A stretch of 63,437 nucleotides of DNA, counting the filler, from Circinaria calcarea (Eukaryota), in the NCBI GenBank assembly GCA_051942165.1. It is 30 parts of 30 records of this genome, joined end to end, with 100 filler letters (N's around TTAATTAATTAA, not from the genome) between each part and the next. Parts side by side here need not be neighbours in the genome. Positions count along the whole stretch, not along the records: positions 46,671 to 48,681 come from JAVECS010003975.1; positions 48,782 to 50,792 come from JAVECS010003976.1; positions 50,893 to 52,902 come from JAVECS010003977.1; positions 53,003 to 55,010 come from JAVECS010003978.1; positions 55,111 to 57,118 come from JAVECS010003979.1; positions 57,219 to 59,225 come from JAVECS010003980.1; 24 more parts are not named here. One strand, 5' to 3'. The notes beneath the pieces are model-generated. The model did not search any database. It saw only the letters and a list, made by a program, of their open reading frames with translations, and was not told where the DNA came from. The translations under genes and the position numbers were made by a program. How positions within the stretch are numbered: position 1 is the first letter of the stretch; the number at the start of each line of letters is the position of its first letter. Shown here piece by piece: positions 46,671 to 57,273 of this stretch.

Positions 46671-47714
46671 GCCATTACTAGTTTCTTGTCCCCTTCGAAG
46701 AAGACAATCAAGACACCGCCTGTCTCCTCAACTGTATTTTCAACTACCTCCTCTCCAGCTCCGCTATCTCTTCCCTCTCCAATTTCGTATTCTTTGCGCG
46801 ACTGCCTCAAACGGTGGCAACACCCCCAGATCGTATGCCTGCAAGAAGTCAAAATTGCCCGCAAAGACACCAAAACGCAAAATGCTGTTTCCGCTGCCGT
46901 TAGAGCAACCCTTGTTGGTTCTACAGCTACAGAAAGGAGCGGAGAAGGAGAGAAGGAGCCGGGGTACATAGCACGGTTTGGGTTGCCACGGGATAAGTAT
47001 AATGCTAGGGGATTTGGGGGTAAGGTGTATGGTGTTTGTACACTTGTCCGGAAAGATTTCATGGAGAGGGAATGCGAGGACGGACCGGTGCAGGAGCTGG
47101 AGTGGGATCTAGAGGGGAGGGTGTTGAATTTGGAATTACGGAAGCGGAAGTTGGTGGTGTTCAACGTCTACGCTGTCAACGGGACGGAAAATGCCTGGAG
47201 AGATTCCAAGACGGGAGAGGTGCTCGGGACACGATTCGACCGCAAACGTGCTTTTCAAAAAACACTAGCGTCTGAATGCGCGGGATACGAAGCCAGGGGT
47301 TGGAAGGTTGTGATAGCGGGAGACATGAATATCGCGCGGAGTCCGCTGGATGGGTTTCCGGGACGTCGGGTCGGCGAACAGCATGTTCGGAGTCGACGGG
47401 ACTTTGAGGAGAAGTTCATGGGCGGGGGATTGGGGATGAGGGATTCTTATCGAGAGGTGAGAGGGAACGAGAGAAAATATTCGTACAGGTCCAGGGGTGT
47501 GGAGTGGGGGGTTTCGTGTGACCGGGTGGATCTGATCTTGGTGTCTCGAGGTCTGCGCGGGCTGGTGGAAGCGGATATCTTGGATGATGAGACGGAGAGA
47601 GGGCCGAGTGACCATTGCCCGCTGTACATTACTTTGGATCAGGAAAGCGAAGAGCAACAGGAAGGGGGTGCGGGGAAGGCTGAAATTAGCAAAGATAATC
47701 CCTTCACTGGTTGA
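46671..47714 (+). CDS. Exonuclease III / AP endonuclease (EEP) family protein, 5' partial
   Basis: CLQEVK, EGR, NVYAVNG, GDMN, DRVDLIL and SDHCP motifs. Confidence 0.92.
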   Translation, partial: AITSFLSPSKKTIKTPPVSSTVFSTTSSPAPLSLPSPISYSLRDCLKRWQHPQIVCLQEVKIARKDTKTQNAVSAAVRATLVGSTATERSGEGEKEPGYIARFGLPRDKYNARGFGGKVYGVCTLVRKDFMERECEDGPVQELEWDLEGRVLNLELRKRKLVVFNVYAVNGTENAWRDSKTGEVLGTRFDRKRAFQKTLASECAGYEARGWKVVIAGDMNIARSPLDGFPGRRVGEQHVRSRRDFEEKFMGGGLGMRDSYREVRGNERKYSYRSRGVEWGVSCDRVDLILVSRGLRGLVEADILDDETERGPSDHCPLYITLDQESEEQQEGGAGKAEISKDNPFTG

Positions 47715-48210
47715 GTACGAGAGTGCCTGTATTGTATATGATATCGTAGGTAAGGCTCATTAACCTTGTCTATAGAAGTCTAACATAGAGCCAGCTCACA
47801 GCCTGGATAGCTGCCGCCGAATCACAGATTTCACAAGCACCCCCAGTGGACGGGCCGCAAAAAGTGGTATTTTCAGGCCAATGCCACGACCTCCATACCA
47901 AATACCATAGTGCACATCCGCACCGTTTACCTAGATAGGACCAAGTTTCCCGACCATCTGGTGAAAAGACAAAGATGAAAATTCTTGCACAAAGACTCGG
48001 TATTTCTACCATATCCCCAAGTCAACCGAGTTTTAACAAAAGCAAACCGAAACCATTGAAAAACTTATAGGAAACATCCCCAGCCACTAATGCAGGCAGG
48101 GAAGACAGAATCAACAGACTTTTTTTTTAAGAAAACGAGATCCGAATTAGGCTTAGCGCTTCCGCCTCTTAGTCCTACAGTAAGACCTTTTTGTCATAAC
48201 AGCCACCTTA

Positions 48211-48681
48211 TTACTCAATGGGACACCAAGCACATAGTTCATGTCCACAATTAACACAGCAACCTTGATTACCCCTGAGTTTGGGACCATCTCTGCATTG
48301 ACAACAATACCAGTGTTCGGTGTATCGGGACTCGTACGCCAGCTCTTCTGAAATTCTCGGCGCGCTCGCTCGGATCGAGTCAATTTGTAAATCTTCCTTT
48401 TGCTCCTGGGTCAGGCCTTCCAGCTTAGCATCCAGACTAGATTGGGCTTCAACTCCTCGACTTCCATTTGGTGACTTGTCAAATTCGGCTTCGCTTGCAC
48501 AATCCTCGTCCTCAGGCTCATCAGTGTTCAACTGGTGACCGACCATCATAGAATCTTCATCTAACAAAACCACGCTGTCGATCTTCTTGGATTCTGAATA
48601 GAGTACCCATAAATGCCTGAAAATACCAAGCTCGAGCATATCAGTGTTCTCAACCTCAGTGTGCACATCTGGGATATGTGG
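48211..48681 (-). CDS. Hypothetical protein with C-terminal Cys/His cluster, 5' partial
   Basis: Acidic linker followed by WYCCQCRDGP-x7-CCVNCGHELCAWC. Confidence 0.7.
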   Translation of the reverse strand, partial: PHIPDVHTEVENTDMLELGIFRHLWVLYSESKKIDSVVLLDEDSMMVGHQLNTDEPEDEDCASEAEFDKSPNGSRGVEAQSSLDAKLEGLTQEQKEDLQIDSIRASAPRISEELAYESRYTEHWYCCQCRDGPKLRGNQGCCVNCGHELCAWCPIE

Positions 48682-48876
48682 NNNNNNNNNNNNNNNNNNN
48701 NNNNNNNNNNNNNNNNNNNNNNNNNTTAATTAATTAANNNNNNNNNNNNNNNNNNNNNNNNNNNNNNNNNNNNNNNNNNNNCTTCCTTCCAACCAGTAAC
48801 CCAGATGAATACAACACCCTCAAGTCACTCGATAGACCTGCCCCTTCGAACCTGATAACCCATTCGCACGCCCGAA

Positions 48877-50431
48877 ATGCCACCACAGACGGCGAGGTTC
48901 AATCCTCAGTTACTGTCGGGTCCTTTTTCACATCTACAACAATCTCACCTACCTCATCATCCCAACCAACACCAGCCACCAGGTTCCGCCGGTCTCCCTC
49001 CGCCTTCCTTCAACGCACATCCGGCCTTTGCCCAAGGCAACCAAAACTCGGCTCTCAACCCTTTCGCGCCGTCAAACGGAACAAGTGGACTCGCAGCCGG
49101 CTTTGGAGGTGGGGGTGGCCTTGGTGGAGGGGGAGGAACAGGTCTGGCGAGCCATGCGGCAGTAATGGGATTCGCCCATGGCGCGGCAATTCAACAACAA
49201 CAGCAAGCCCGAGAAGCGTTAAGACGAGGAAGCGGAGGAGTCAAAGGACACACGAAGAGTAGGATACGGGATGTCTGGAAAGGAAATCTCGACCAAGAGA
49301 TGCAGAACATTCGAGACTTGGTGGAGAAATATCCCTACATCAGCATGGTTGGTTTGCTTTGGTTGGATTCTCGGCCGGAAAAGGCTCACTAAACCGTCTC
49401 TGTAGGATACCGAGTTCCCAGGGATAGTTGCGCGACCAATGGGAGCATTTACGACCAAGGCCGATTACCACTACCAGACTCTACGATGCAACGTCGACTT
49501 ACTCAAGGTGATCCAGCTCGGCATAACACTCTTTTCCGAGGACGGTGAGATGCCTCCGGCTCATCCCTCAGAGGGGAATGCGCCTTCTGGCATGTCTTAT
49601 CAAAACAGCTTGGTGCCCTGTCCATATACCTGGCAATTCAACTTCCGGTTCTCCTTGGCCGATGACATGTACAATCAAGAGTCGATCGACTTTCTACAGA
49701 CGTCGGGCATGGACATGAAAATGCATCTGGAGAACGGAATAGATCCCAAGACTTTTGGCGCCATGATGATTAGCTCAGGACTCGTGCTTTTGGAAGATGT
49801 CCGATGGATATCTTTTCACTCCGGATATGACTTTGGGTATCTCGTCAAACTCATGCTTTGCAAGCCTCTACCTGAAGACGAGGTGGAATATCGAAAGCTC
49901 CTTAACATTTTCTTTCCCGCCATCTATGATATCAAGTACATGGTGAAAAGTGCTCAACGGAGTAATCAGGCCAACAGCTCGCCGTTAACCGCCAACGCTT
50001 CTGCTATACTCAATAGCCTCGGGCAAAAGTCGGGGCTCCAAGATTTGGCCGACGAGCTTGGTATCAAGCGGATAGGGACGGCGCATCAAGCAGGATCCGA
50101 CAGCCTGCTCACGGGCAAAATATTTTGGGATATCAAGAAGAACATCTTCAATGGGACTATCGACGATGAAAAGTACTTGGGACAGGTATGGGGTTTGAAC
50201 GGGATGGGCGCTCTCGCATCGACTACGGCCGGTCCGCCAATCGAGGGACAATCTACACCTAACCTCAACGGTGCCACCATATACACAAACGGAACTCCTG
50301 ACACTCCCAACACTACTCAGACTGGAGCGGTCCATGCGACGGGCCAGGCGAGTGGCAATAACGGTGGCATGGGAACGTTGACGCCTCAGGGGGCTGGGGG
50401 AGTTTTTGGTCGGTTCGGCTTTGGGAAATGA
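48877..50431 (+). CDS. POP2: CCR4-NOT deadenylase subunit Caf1/Pop2, complete; intron 49348-49405
   Basis: IRDVW...YISM|DTEFPG, YQTLRCNVD, WQFNF, SFHSGYDFGYL and HQAGSDSLLT (DEDD nuclease). Confidence 0.97.
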
Positions 50432-50892
50432 TGGGCGGCATTCCCTTGGGAAAGTCAGTCGAGCGCAGTGTATCAATACGGGGATCTTGACGGAGGACTT
50501 GGGCATATTGGTTTGGTGCATTTACGACGCCGTGGTGCTGCACTTTAGCGGGGTGTTATTTACTAAGGTGGTCGTAGGAGATTATGGATGGATGCAATCA
50601 ATCAGGGACGGTGCGTTTGTGATATGATAGTTAGCCTCCGGTTCACCCGGCCGACAAAAGGAAAGCTGTCTTCTGTGCAAATAGTCGAGAAAGAGATTTT
50701 GTGTGTGTCGGTTGTATTATCCTCTATCCTCCCCTGAAAACTGTAGGGCGTTTAGGTAATCGGGGCGCTTTCCTCGCTTCGTCGGCTTGACCNNNNNNNN
50801 NNNNNNNNNNNNNNNNNNNNNNNNNNNNNNNNNNNNTTAATTAATTAANNNNNNNNNNNNNNNNNNNNNNNNNNNNNNNNNNNNNNNNNNNN

Positions 50893-51430
50893 AGGACAAG
50901 TTGCAAAGAGCCCTATCAGCCCATATGCCCAGACCACGGCAGTCAACACAGTCACGATCCACCAATATACAAGCATTTTATGCACCCGGCGAATTAGAAT
51001 ACGGAAAAAGAAGAGGAAGCTATATTTCACCGCGAAGATGGCGTTATAGGTCAATACCAGGAACGCGATGCCGAGCTTATGGAAGCTAAGCGATTGAGCG
51101 ATGAAGTCCGAAGGCAAGTATATATCAGGGTCGTTGGTGAGGATAGCTTCGACGAGGTACATTGAGGGGATGACCTCGTACATTAGGCCCGTGCCGACGC
51201 AGAGGCAGATGATGGCGAAGAAGAAGAAGCCATCGTCGGCATAGAACCGTCTCTGGTAGTGCAACCGGATCCCAATACGGGCAACGGCACCAACAAGGGC
51301 AAGTGCAATCAGGACAATTGAGGCAGCCGGTATAGCCTGTCAGTAAACAGTTCATATCGGCAATTTTGGTGTAACTCACCACGAAGGCGTCCTTGGATAT
51401 TTTGCCTGCATTGTCATTGGTCTTCATCAT
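50893..51430 (-). CDS. PTH11-like (fungal rhodopsin-domain) integral membrane protein, 3' partial; intron 51379-51337
   Basis: R-x-x-IR...RRFYADDGFFFFA and IFAVKYSFLFFFRILIRR are typical of the PTH11-related family; GTGAGT...CTGACAG intron is in frame. Confidence 0.82.
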
Positions 51431-52781
51431 CTGTAGCTGCCGCGAACCTTAACCCGTGCGTAGCGAGGAGTTGCTTTTCATGCGGCTCGAAGGGTTTTTC
51501 GATATCTTGTGCACTCCAGAAAGTATATTCGTTACCTGAAAAATAACAATCCAAGGCTCCCAATTGTTCAAGCAGCTTTACGGGTTATGGGAGAGAATCA
51601 GGAAAGAGTGGAGCATAAAACTGAATGAAGACAGGTGTGCTGGCATAGGACAGTCCCTCGTCCTTGAACAGGGAGCGAGTAAAGGACGCGGGTGGCTTCA
51701 TACTGAAGAATCTTCTGGTGCTGGTGGCAAAGTGCCTGCATTCGAGCTCGATCTGAATCCATATTCCTGATGGGCAGGGAGGTAGCTATGCCGCATCGTA
51801 TTGAAAATCTATTGGAGAGGTCAGTCGTCCGAGACGAGGTTGTAACAGTGGGGGCCAGAAGGTTATTGGCAAAATGTGCTCGATAAGCTTACCAACTGAG
51901 ACTGAGCCACCACTTGAGCCTCTCGGATGGACAAAGTGGGCTGAGGATCGACACCCGTGCCCCATGCCAAGGCTGAGAAGCCGATGAAACAATGGTATTG
52001 TGGTGGCCAATCAGTACCATCATCGTCTCGCGTGACATTGTTATTATGCAATGACCCCGCCGATGCCCCACGTTTGATGTGAGCGCCGAGTAAGCCGAGC
52101 CGAAATTGTATAAGGCAGAGTGGCAGAGCTACCTTAGCAAACAGAGCTTCTCCGGCAGTTGTAAACCAATGAATAGATTTTAGTAGAGATACGATTGAGT
52201 TCCAAGGGCATAACTAACTAGTTCACGGGTGTCCAAGACTGGCAAGCCCTTCGAAAGCTGAAAGTTTTGCCGGGCAAAGGGAGCAGAATTGGTGCCGTAC
52301 GTCATTGTGTCGCAGGAAGCGACAGGGCTAGGTACACATCCCACTAATCTGAAACCAAACGAAATCCGGGATAGAATACAGAAGTTTAGGCAAGGAGAGT
52401 CTAAACGAACTTTTCAGTGTGTAAAGGCGGACGATGACCACGGTTGCCACGACTTTGGGCCTTTGCTACAACTGTGTGCCTGTCAACTCAAATGCCTTTC
52501 CCGCGGAGTATGGGTGCCGTCGAATAATGCCAAGAAAGCACGAGAATATATGCGATTTGATTTGTTCGGAGTGACTAAGCGAAAACTCTGTGGTGCCCTT
52601 TCACGTGCCTTTGCCCAAAATTTCACTTTTACCTCAAACACCTCATCTATCTCTTAGAGACACGTACATTCAGGATGGCACACAGGAGAGTAGCAACGCT
52701 CATAGCGTGATCGTACAACTCCTTCCTTGAGCCCAAAATTATCCTCAACTCTGTAGCACCGCTCAGACCCCAGACGCAACG

Positions 52782-52889
52782 ATGTGTGGCATCATAGGAA
52801 TACTCCATACCCAGCCGTCTGAAACATCTGCCGCCAGCGAGCTTCACGAAGCCCTTTACCTTCTCCAGCACCGTGGTCAAGATGCGTGT
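52782..52889 (+). CDS. ADE4: Amidophosphoribosyltransferase first exon (not in ORF track), 3' partial
   Basis: MCGIIGIL...[17 protein letters not shown], with the N-terminal nucleophile Cys and QHRGQ signature; GTAGGT donor follows. Confidence 0.9.
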
Positions 52890-53651
52890 GTAGGTCTCTG
52901 CGNNNNNNNNNNNNNNNNNNNNNNNNNNNNNNNNNNNNNNNNNNNNTTAATTAATTAANNNNNNNNNNNNNNNNNNNNNNNNNNNNNNNNNNNNNNNNNN
53001 NNCCCCGAGAATCTGGATGGATGGATGGATGCTGAAACCCGGTCGACGTCCGAGGTACGTACGGGATGGTTGAATTATTTATCTAGAGAAGGTCGGGTCG
53101 GGTCGGGTTATAATAGCCAGAAAACTTCCAACGAACCTCTCCCCCCTATATATAAAAAAGACCGAGAGAGATTTCATACTGAAGACTTTCGTTCCGTATC
53201 GTATAGGTTTTGCTTCCCCTGCGAGATCCGATGTGATTTCTATGCTGTTTGTTTTATTTATTGAGAACATTCAATCTCACGTTTTGATTCTTATCGGTAG
53301 AATTCTTTCGGCGCAACCGGAACTGTTCGGGTCGTGCCCAGATTTTTAAACCCTTTCCTCTCGTACCTCGGGTTTCAGGGCATTAATTGAGTTGGTTGGT
53401 TGGGGTATAATATGTTTAAAATGAGTCTCGACTAAACTTGATATGGGTATCTTATAACTTTCCATTGAGTCATCCGTAAAAGGTGATGAGATGCGATGCG
53501 ATGATGGTATGTCTCCCTCTCTTTTCTCCTCTCCCCTTTTCCTTTTTCCCAATTTCCAAACCAACGCCAGTCACTAAAATGCAATATCTATACCAACCGC
53601 CCTTTACCCTTAACCCCTAATCCTTACAATCCAGAAAAAGAAACCCCCCCC

Positions 53652-55010
53652 CTATTTCTCCGTCGGACTAAACCGACTGATCCTCCTTATCCTCTTCCCG
53701 TAAATGAAAAATAGAACCGGAACCGGAAACATGACGACGGTGAGAAACCCTAGTAAACTCGTCGCCCACGGCACGCCGAGATTGTGATACATGGCTGTTG
53801 CAAACAGCGGGAACCCTGCGCCCGCTAGCGACCTGATCAATGTGTTTGCGGCAATGGCGGAGTTGGCGTGCATGAGGTAGACGTCAATAATGTAATTGAG
53901 TCCCTGGATGAAAATCATGAGGATACCCGCTCCGATGGGGATACCGGCTAGGACTTGAGGAACCCAAGTGATATGCGGAGATGAAGTCCACGCGAACCAG
54001 AAGAGACCGATTGGAAGAATGGCGGCACCGACGATCATGGGTGGAAGACGTTCTTCGGGGATGACGTGACCGTGTTTGATGAGTTTGCGTTGGAAGCGGG
54101 TTTTAGTAACAACAGCGACAAAGGTCCCACCTAACAGGACACCGACTGTGATTCCGAGAAAGGGAAGAGCGCCAACGCCTCCGTTCCAGCCTCGCTCTTC
54201 TTGAAAGGAGATGGGATAGGCAGTAAAGAAGAGGTAGAGGATTCCGTAAATGAGACCCATGTAGAGGGTGACGAGGATGAGAATGGGTTCGAAGATGAGC
54301 ATCTGAAAGGGGCGGAAGAGATACTTGACAACGATTTCGTGCAAGTCGATTTGTTGCTCGTCTTTCTTAGCGCGGATTGCCCAGTTCTTGGTCTCGTAGC
54401 GGATTTTCTTCGCGCGGCGTTGGAGGAGTACCGGAGCGTAGCTTTCTGGGACACAGATTAAGCCAACGACGGCGAATAAGGCGTTCATGATCAGCGTGAT
54501 CCAGGCTGTCCATCTCCAGCCTAGGGAGCTTTGAGTGATGAAGCCGCCCATGATTGGTCCAGCAACGGGTCCGATAAATGTGGCGGCGGCGAATACGCAG
54601 ATAGCAACACCTCGGTCAACAGGATTCCAGAAGTCAGCGAGGGCACCACCGACGATTGCAAGAGGTGCGCATCCAAAAAGTCCTCCAAAGAATCGAGCTA
54701 TCAATATCGTGTATAGGTTTTGCGCGGTGGCTACGGGAATCTGGAAGATACCAAAGACGATGAAGCCGAAGAAGAGGGGGCGAGTCCTTCCGTACAGCTC
54801 ACTAAAGGGACCCCATACCAAAGGACCAAAGGCAAAGCCCTATTTCTGTTAGCCAAACAGGCTGACCTCGCAGCGTAAACAGCACCCACCAAAACAAACA
54901 GCGACGTTCCCAGTGTGGTAACCTCTGGCGAAACACCATATAGTCTTGCCGTCACTTGTGTCGCTGTACTGAAGACACTGCTCGCAAACGTAATCACAAA
55001 AGTCATCAGC
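53652..55010 (-). CDS. MFS DHA1 multidrug transporter, 5' partial; intron 54889-54840
   Basis: GPLVWGPFSELYGR, GWRWTAW, PESYAPVLL, PEERLPPM and SAIAANTLIRS motifs with many TM helices. Confidence 0.95.
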
Positions 55011-55110
55011 NNNNNNNNNNNNNNNNNNNNNNNNNNNNNNNNNNNNNNNNNNNNTTAATTAATTAANNNNNNNNNNNNNNNNNNNNNNNNNNNNNNNNNN
55101 NNNNNNNNNN

Positions 55111-55399
55111 TCGAAGCACACCGGTTGCAATAGAAGAGATTAGTGCCGAATTGGACGACATCACCAGGAGAACCAGAGGAGGCGTCCATACTAATGGTTC
55201 GATGGCAGCGGCAACAGGGAGCGAAGTCAAGGAAGCCAGCTGGAGATTCACCTGACGAGGATTCGGTGGGCGACTGATTGCTGTCTTCGCTTCTGATGGT
55301 GGTGAGGGTCATGCCCTGCGCTGGTCGTTCCTGATGGGGTCGGCTGCTATGTTGGTATACAGCTTGAGTTTGCGGTTGGAGTATTTTTGATACATCCAT
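55111..55399 (-). CDS. Small protein with CxxC...CxxC putative zinc ribbon, 3' partial
   Basis: MDVSKIL...CCRCHR-x-VVQFGTNLFYCNRCAS. Confidence 0.6.
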
Positions 55400-56298
55400 G
55401 GTGACTTCTTTCCGAGTTCCGCTGAGACAATATCGAGCAGAAGGTGATCTGTGTACCTTGTAGGAATGAGCCTGCGCGGCCAAGTCACGGTCGAAAGTGA
55501 ATAGACAGAGAGACTTTCTATAGAAAGCCCTATACTCATCACTAATTATATTGCTTCTGGACCAGTGTTACTTCATTCCGGGAAAACCCAGCCGTTCGTG
55601 TCGTAATACGTGTCAGACCATCCTCATATCCGGTGCTTTGCAGTTCTTTGCTTTCCATCATGTTTCACCCCAGAGTGGTTCTTCTCCAAATTGCCAGCTC
55701 ATCCGATTTATCCTTTCTGCCATCGATCCCGCCTACACGTCCGATCCCGCCTCCCTACAAACTTCTAACCATTGACGTTCACACTTCAGGAGTGGACGGA
55801 TTACGGACCCATCGCCATTACTTCCGCGCGGAGACTGAGTTGGCGCTAATGTATCAGACAGATCTATCACTTGCATGTGGGGAGGCCGATCAGAAATCCC
55901 ATTCGTCCTCTTCCCCCTTCAATGACGGGACGGGTCAACGGGAAGCCAAGTCCGTCGTCAGCGTAAAGTTTCTTCCGAGTGCGTCCCTCCAATCATTGTT
56001 GATCGGCTTAGCCGAGCCGAGTATCGGCCCCTCTAGAACCCTTTACTCTAATGTACACGGGGGTCTTGTTTGCACTCCACGATCCATCGTAGTATCAATG
56101 ACCTTTCATCGGCAAACTCTTGATATTGAACATCCGAGAATTCGGCGCATCTGCCCGTGGCGTCGAACAAAGCGATCTATATAAAATACACGCAGTATAC
56201 CGCTTGAGATGCGCTCCCAGGCACCAAATCAGTATAATCCGAGAGGAAACCCCAGCATGTTGATGCTCCCAGATATCTAACCATCATGGCCCATCAAA

Positions 56299-57117
56299 CT
56301 AATCCCTCGGAGCAGCGTTAGTGTCCAAACCAACATTCGATTCGTGGGTTGCTTGACTGCTTGTGCAGGTAGATGACTCCTGTATCCGTCTGTGGACGCC
56401 ACCAAGCTTACCGATAATTTCTTCAAGATATACACTTTCTTCGCGGAGTCTGCTTAGAGCTATTTCCGCACCGCGGTTCTTCTCCTGGAGACGTGTGATT
56501 TCTTCGCGTAGTAATCGGGTAGAATCAGAGTGATGCACTTCGTCGGAGCTTGTGTCGACGGCTCTAACGTCTGATCTGGACCGCTCTTTTCGAGGAAGCA
56601 ATACTTCCTCATAGTCAGGCGTAGCGGCCGGATTTGTGGGGAAAGCAGTGTTGTACTCTCGAGTATCCCCATCTCGCCCCACTTTAACAGACTCGACTTT
56701 TGCCATCAGTTCTCTCTTCTCTCTCTCCCAAGCCTCCCTTTCTTCTCTCCACCTCCTCAACTCTGCCACTCCTTGCACCTGCAGCTGCGAACTCATTGCC
56801 ATAATCCGTGTGTACTGTGCCCCACTTGCGACACTTTGCTTCCATGCTTCGTCTCTACTCTGCTGCAGATCCTCGACCTGTACCTCGTAGGAGTTGATTT
56901 GCTCTTGCAAACGCAGGTTATTTTCGGACAGGTCATTGATCTCGGTGTCTGAGACTTGGGACTTCTTGTCCAACGTGGCACAGCGAATTTGCGAGCGTGA
57001 AAATGCCGCAAGGAGCTTATCATGCTCTCCTTGGAGGATCTGATGTGCGAGAGACTTCGTACTGAGTTGATGTTGAAGTTCTTGGAGATGGGCTGTGTGA
57101 GGGGATTTTGGCAGTAG
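56299..57117 (-). CDS. Coiled-coil hypothetical protein, 5' partial
   Basis: Frame open to contig end with heptad-like LQELQHQLSTKSLAHQILQGEHDKLLAAFSRSQIRCATLDKKSQVSDTEINDL... Confidence 0.78.
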   Translation of the reverse strand, partial: LLPKSPHTAHLQELQHQLSTKSLAHQILQGEHDKLLAAFSRSQIRCATLDKKSQVSDTEINDLSENNLRLQEQINSYEVQVEDLQQSRDEAWKQSVASGAQYTRIMAMSSQLQVQGVAELRRWREEREAWEREKRELMAKVESVKVGRDGDTREYNTAFPTNPAATPDYEEVLLPRKERSRSDVRAVDTSSDEVHHSDSTRLLREEITRLQEKNRGAEIALSRLREESVYLEEIIGKLGGVHRRIQESSTCTSSQATHESNVGLDTNAAPRD

Positions 57118-57273
57118 ANNNNNNNNNNNNNNNNNNNNNNNNNNNNNNNNNNNNNNNNNNNNTTAATTAATTAANNNNNNNNNNNNNNNNNNNNNNNNNN
57201 NNNNNNNNNNNNNNNNNNCTCGTATGGTGAAAGGTCATGACCCCACGGCTTCTGGCGGCATCCCTTTTTCCTC

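Noticed and set aside
53604..53627. Telomere-like TTACCCTTAACCCCTAATCCTTAC
   Set aside because: Short, degenerate and located in a pyrimidine-rich 3' flank; not a telomeric array.
17114..55010. Apparent secondary-metabolite cluster (UstYa, P450, MFS transporters, repeat-peptide gene)
   Set aside because: Each gene is on a different contig joined artificially; there is no linkage evidence and they may come from different organisms.
39878..55010. The MFS N-terminus (39878) and MFS body (53652-55010) as two halves of one gene
   Set aside because: No overlap, and DHA1 transporters are a large paralogous family, so they cannot be joined from this sequence.
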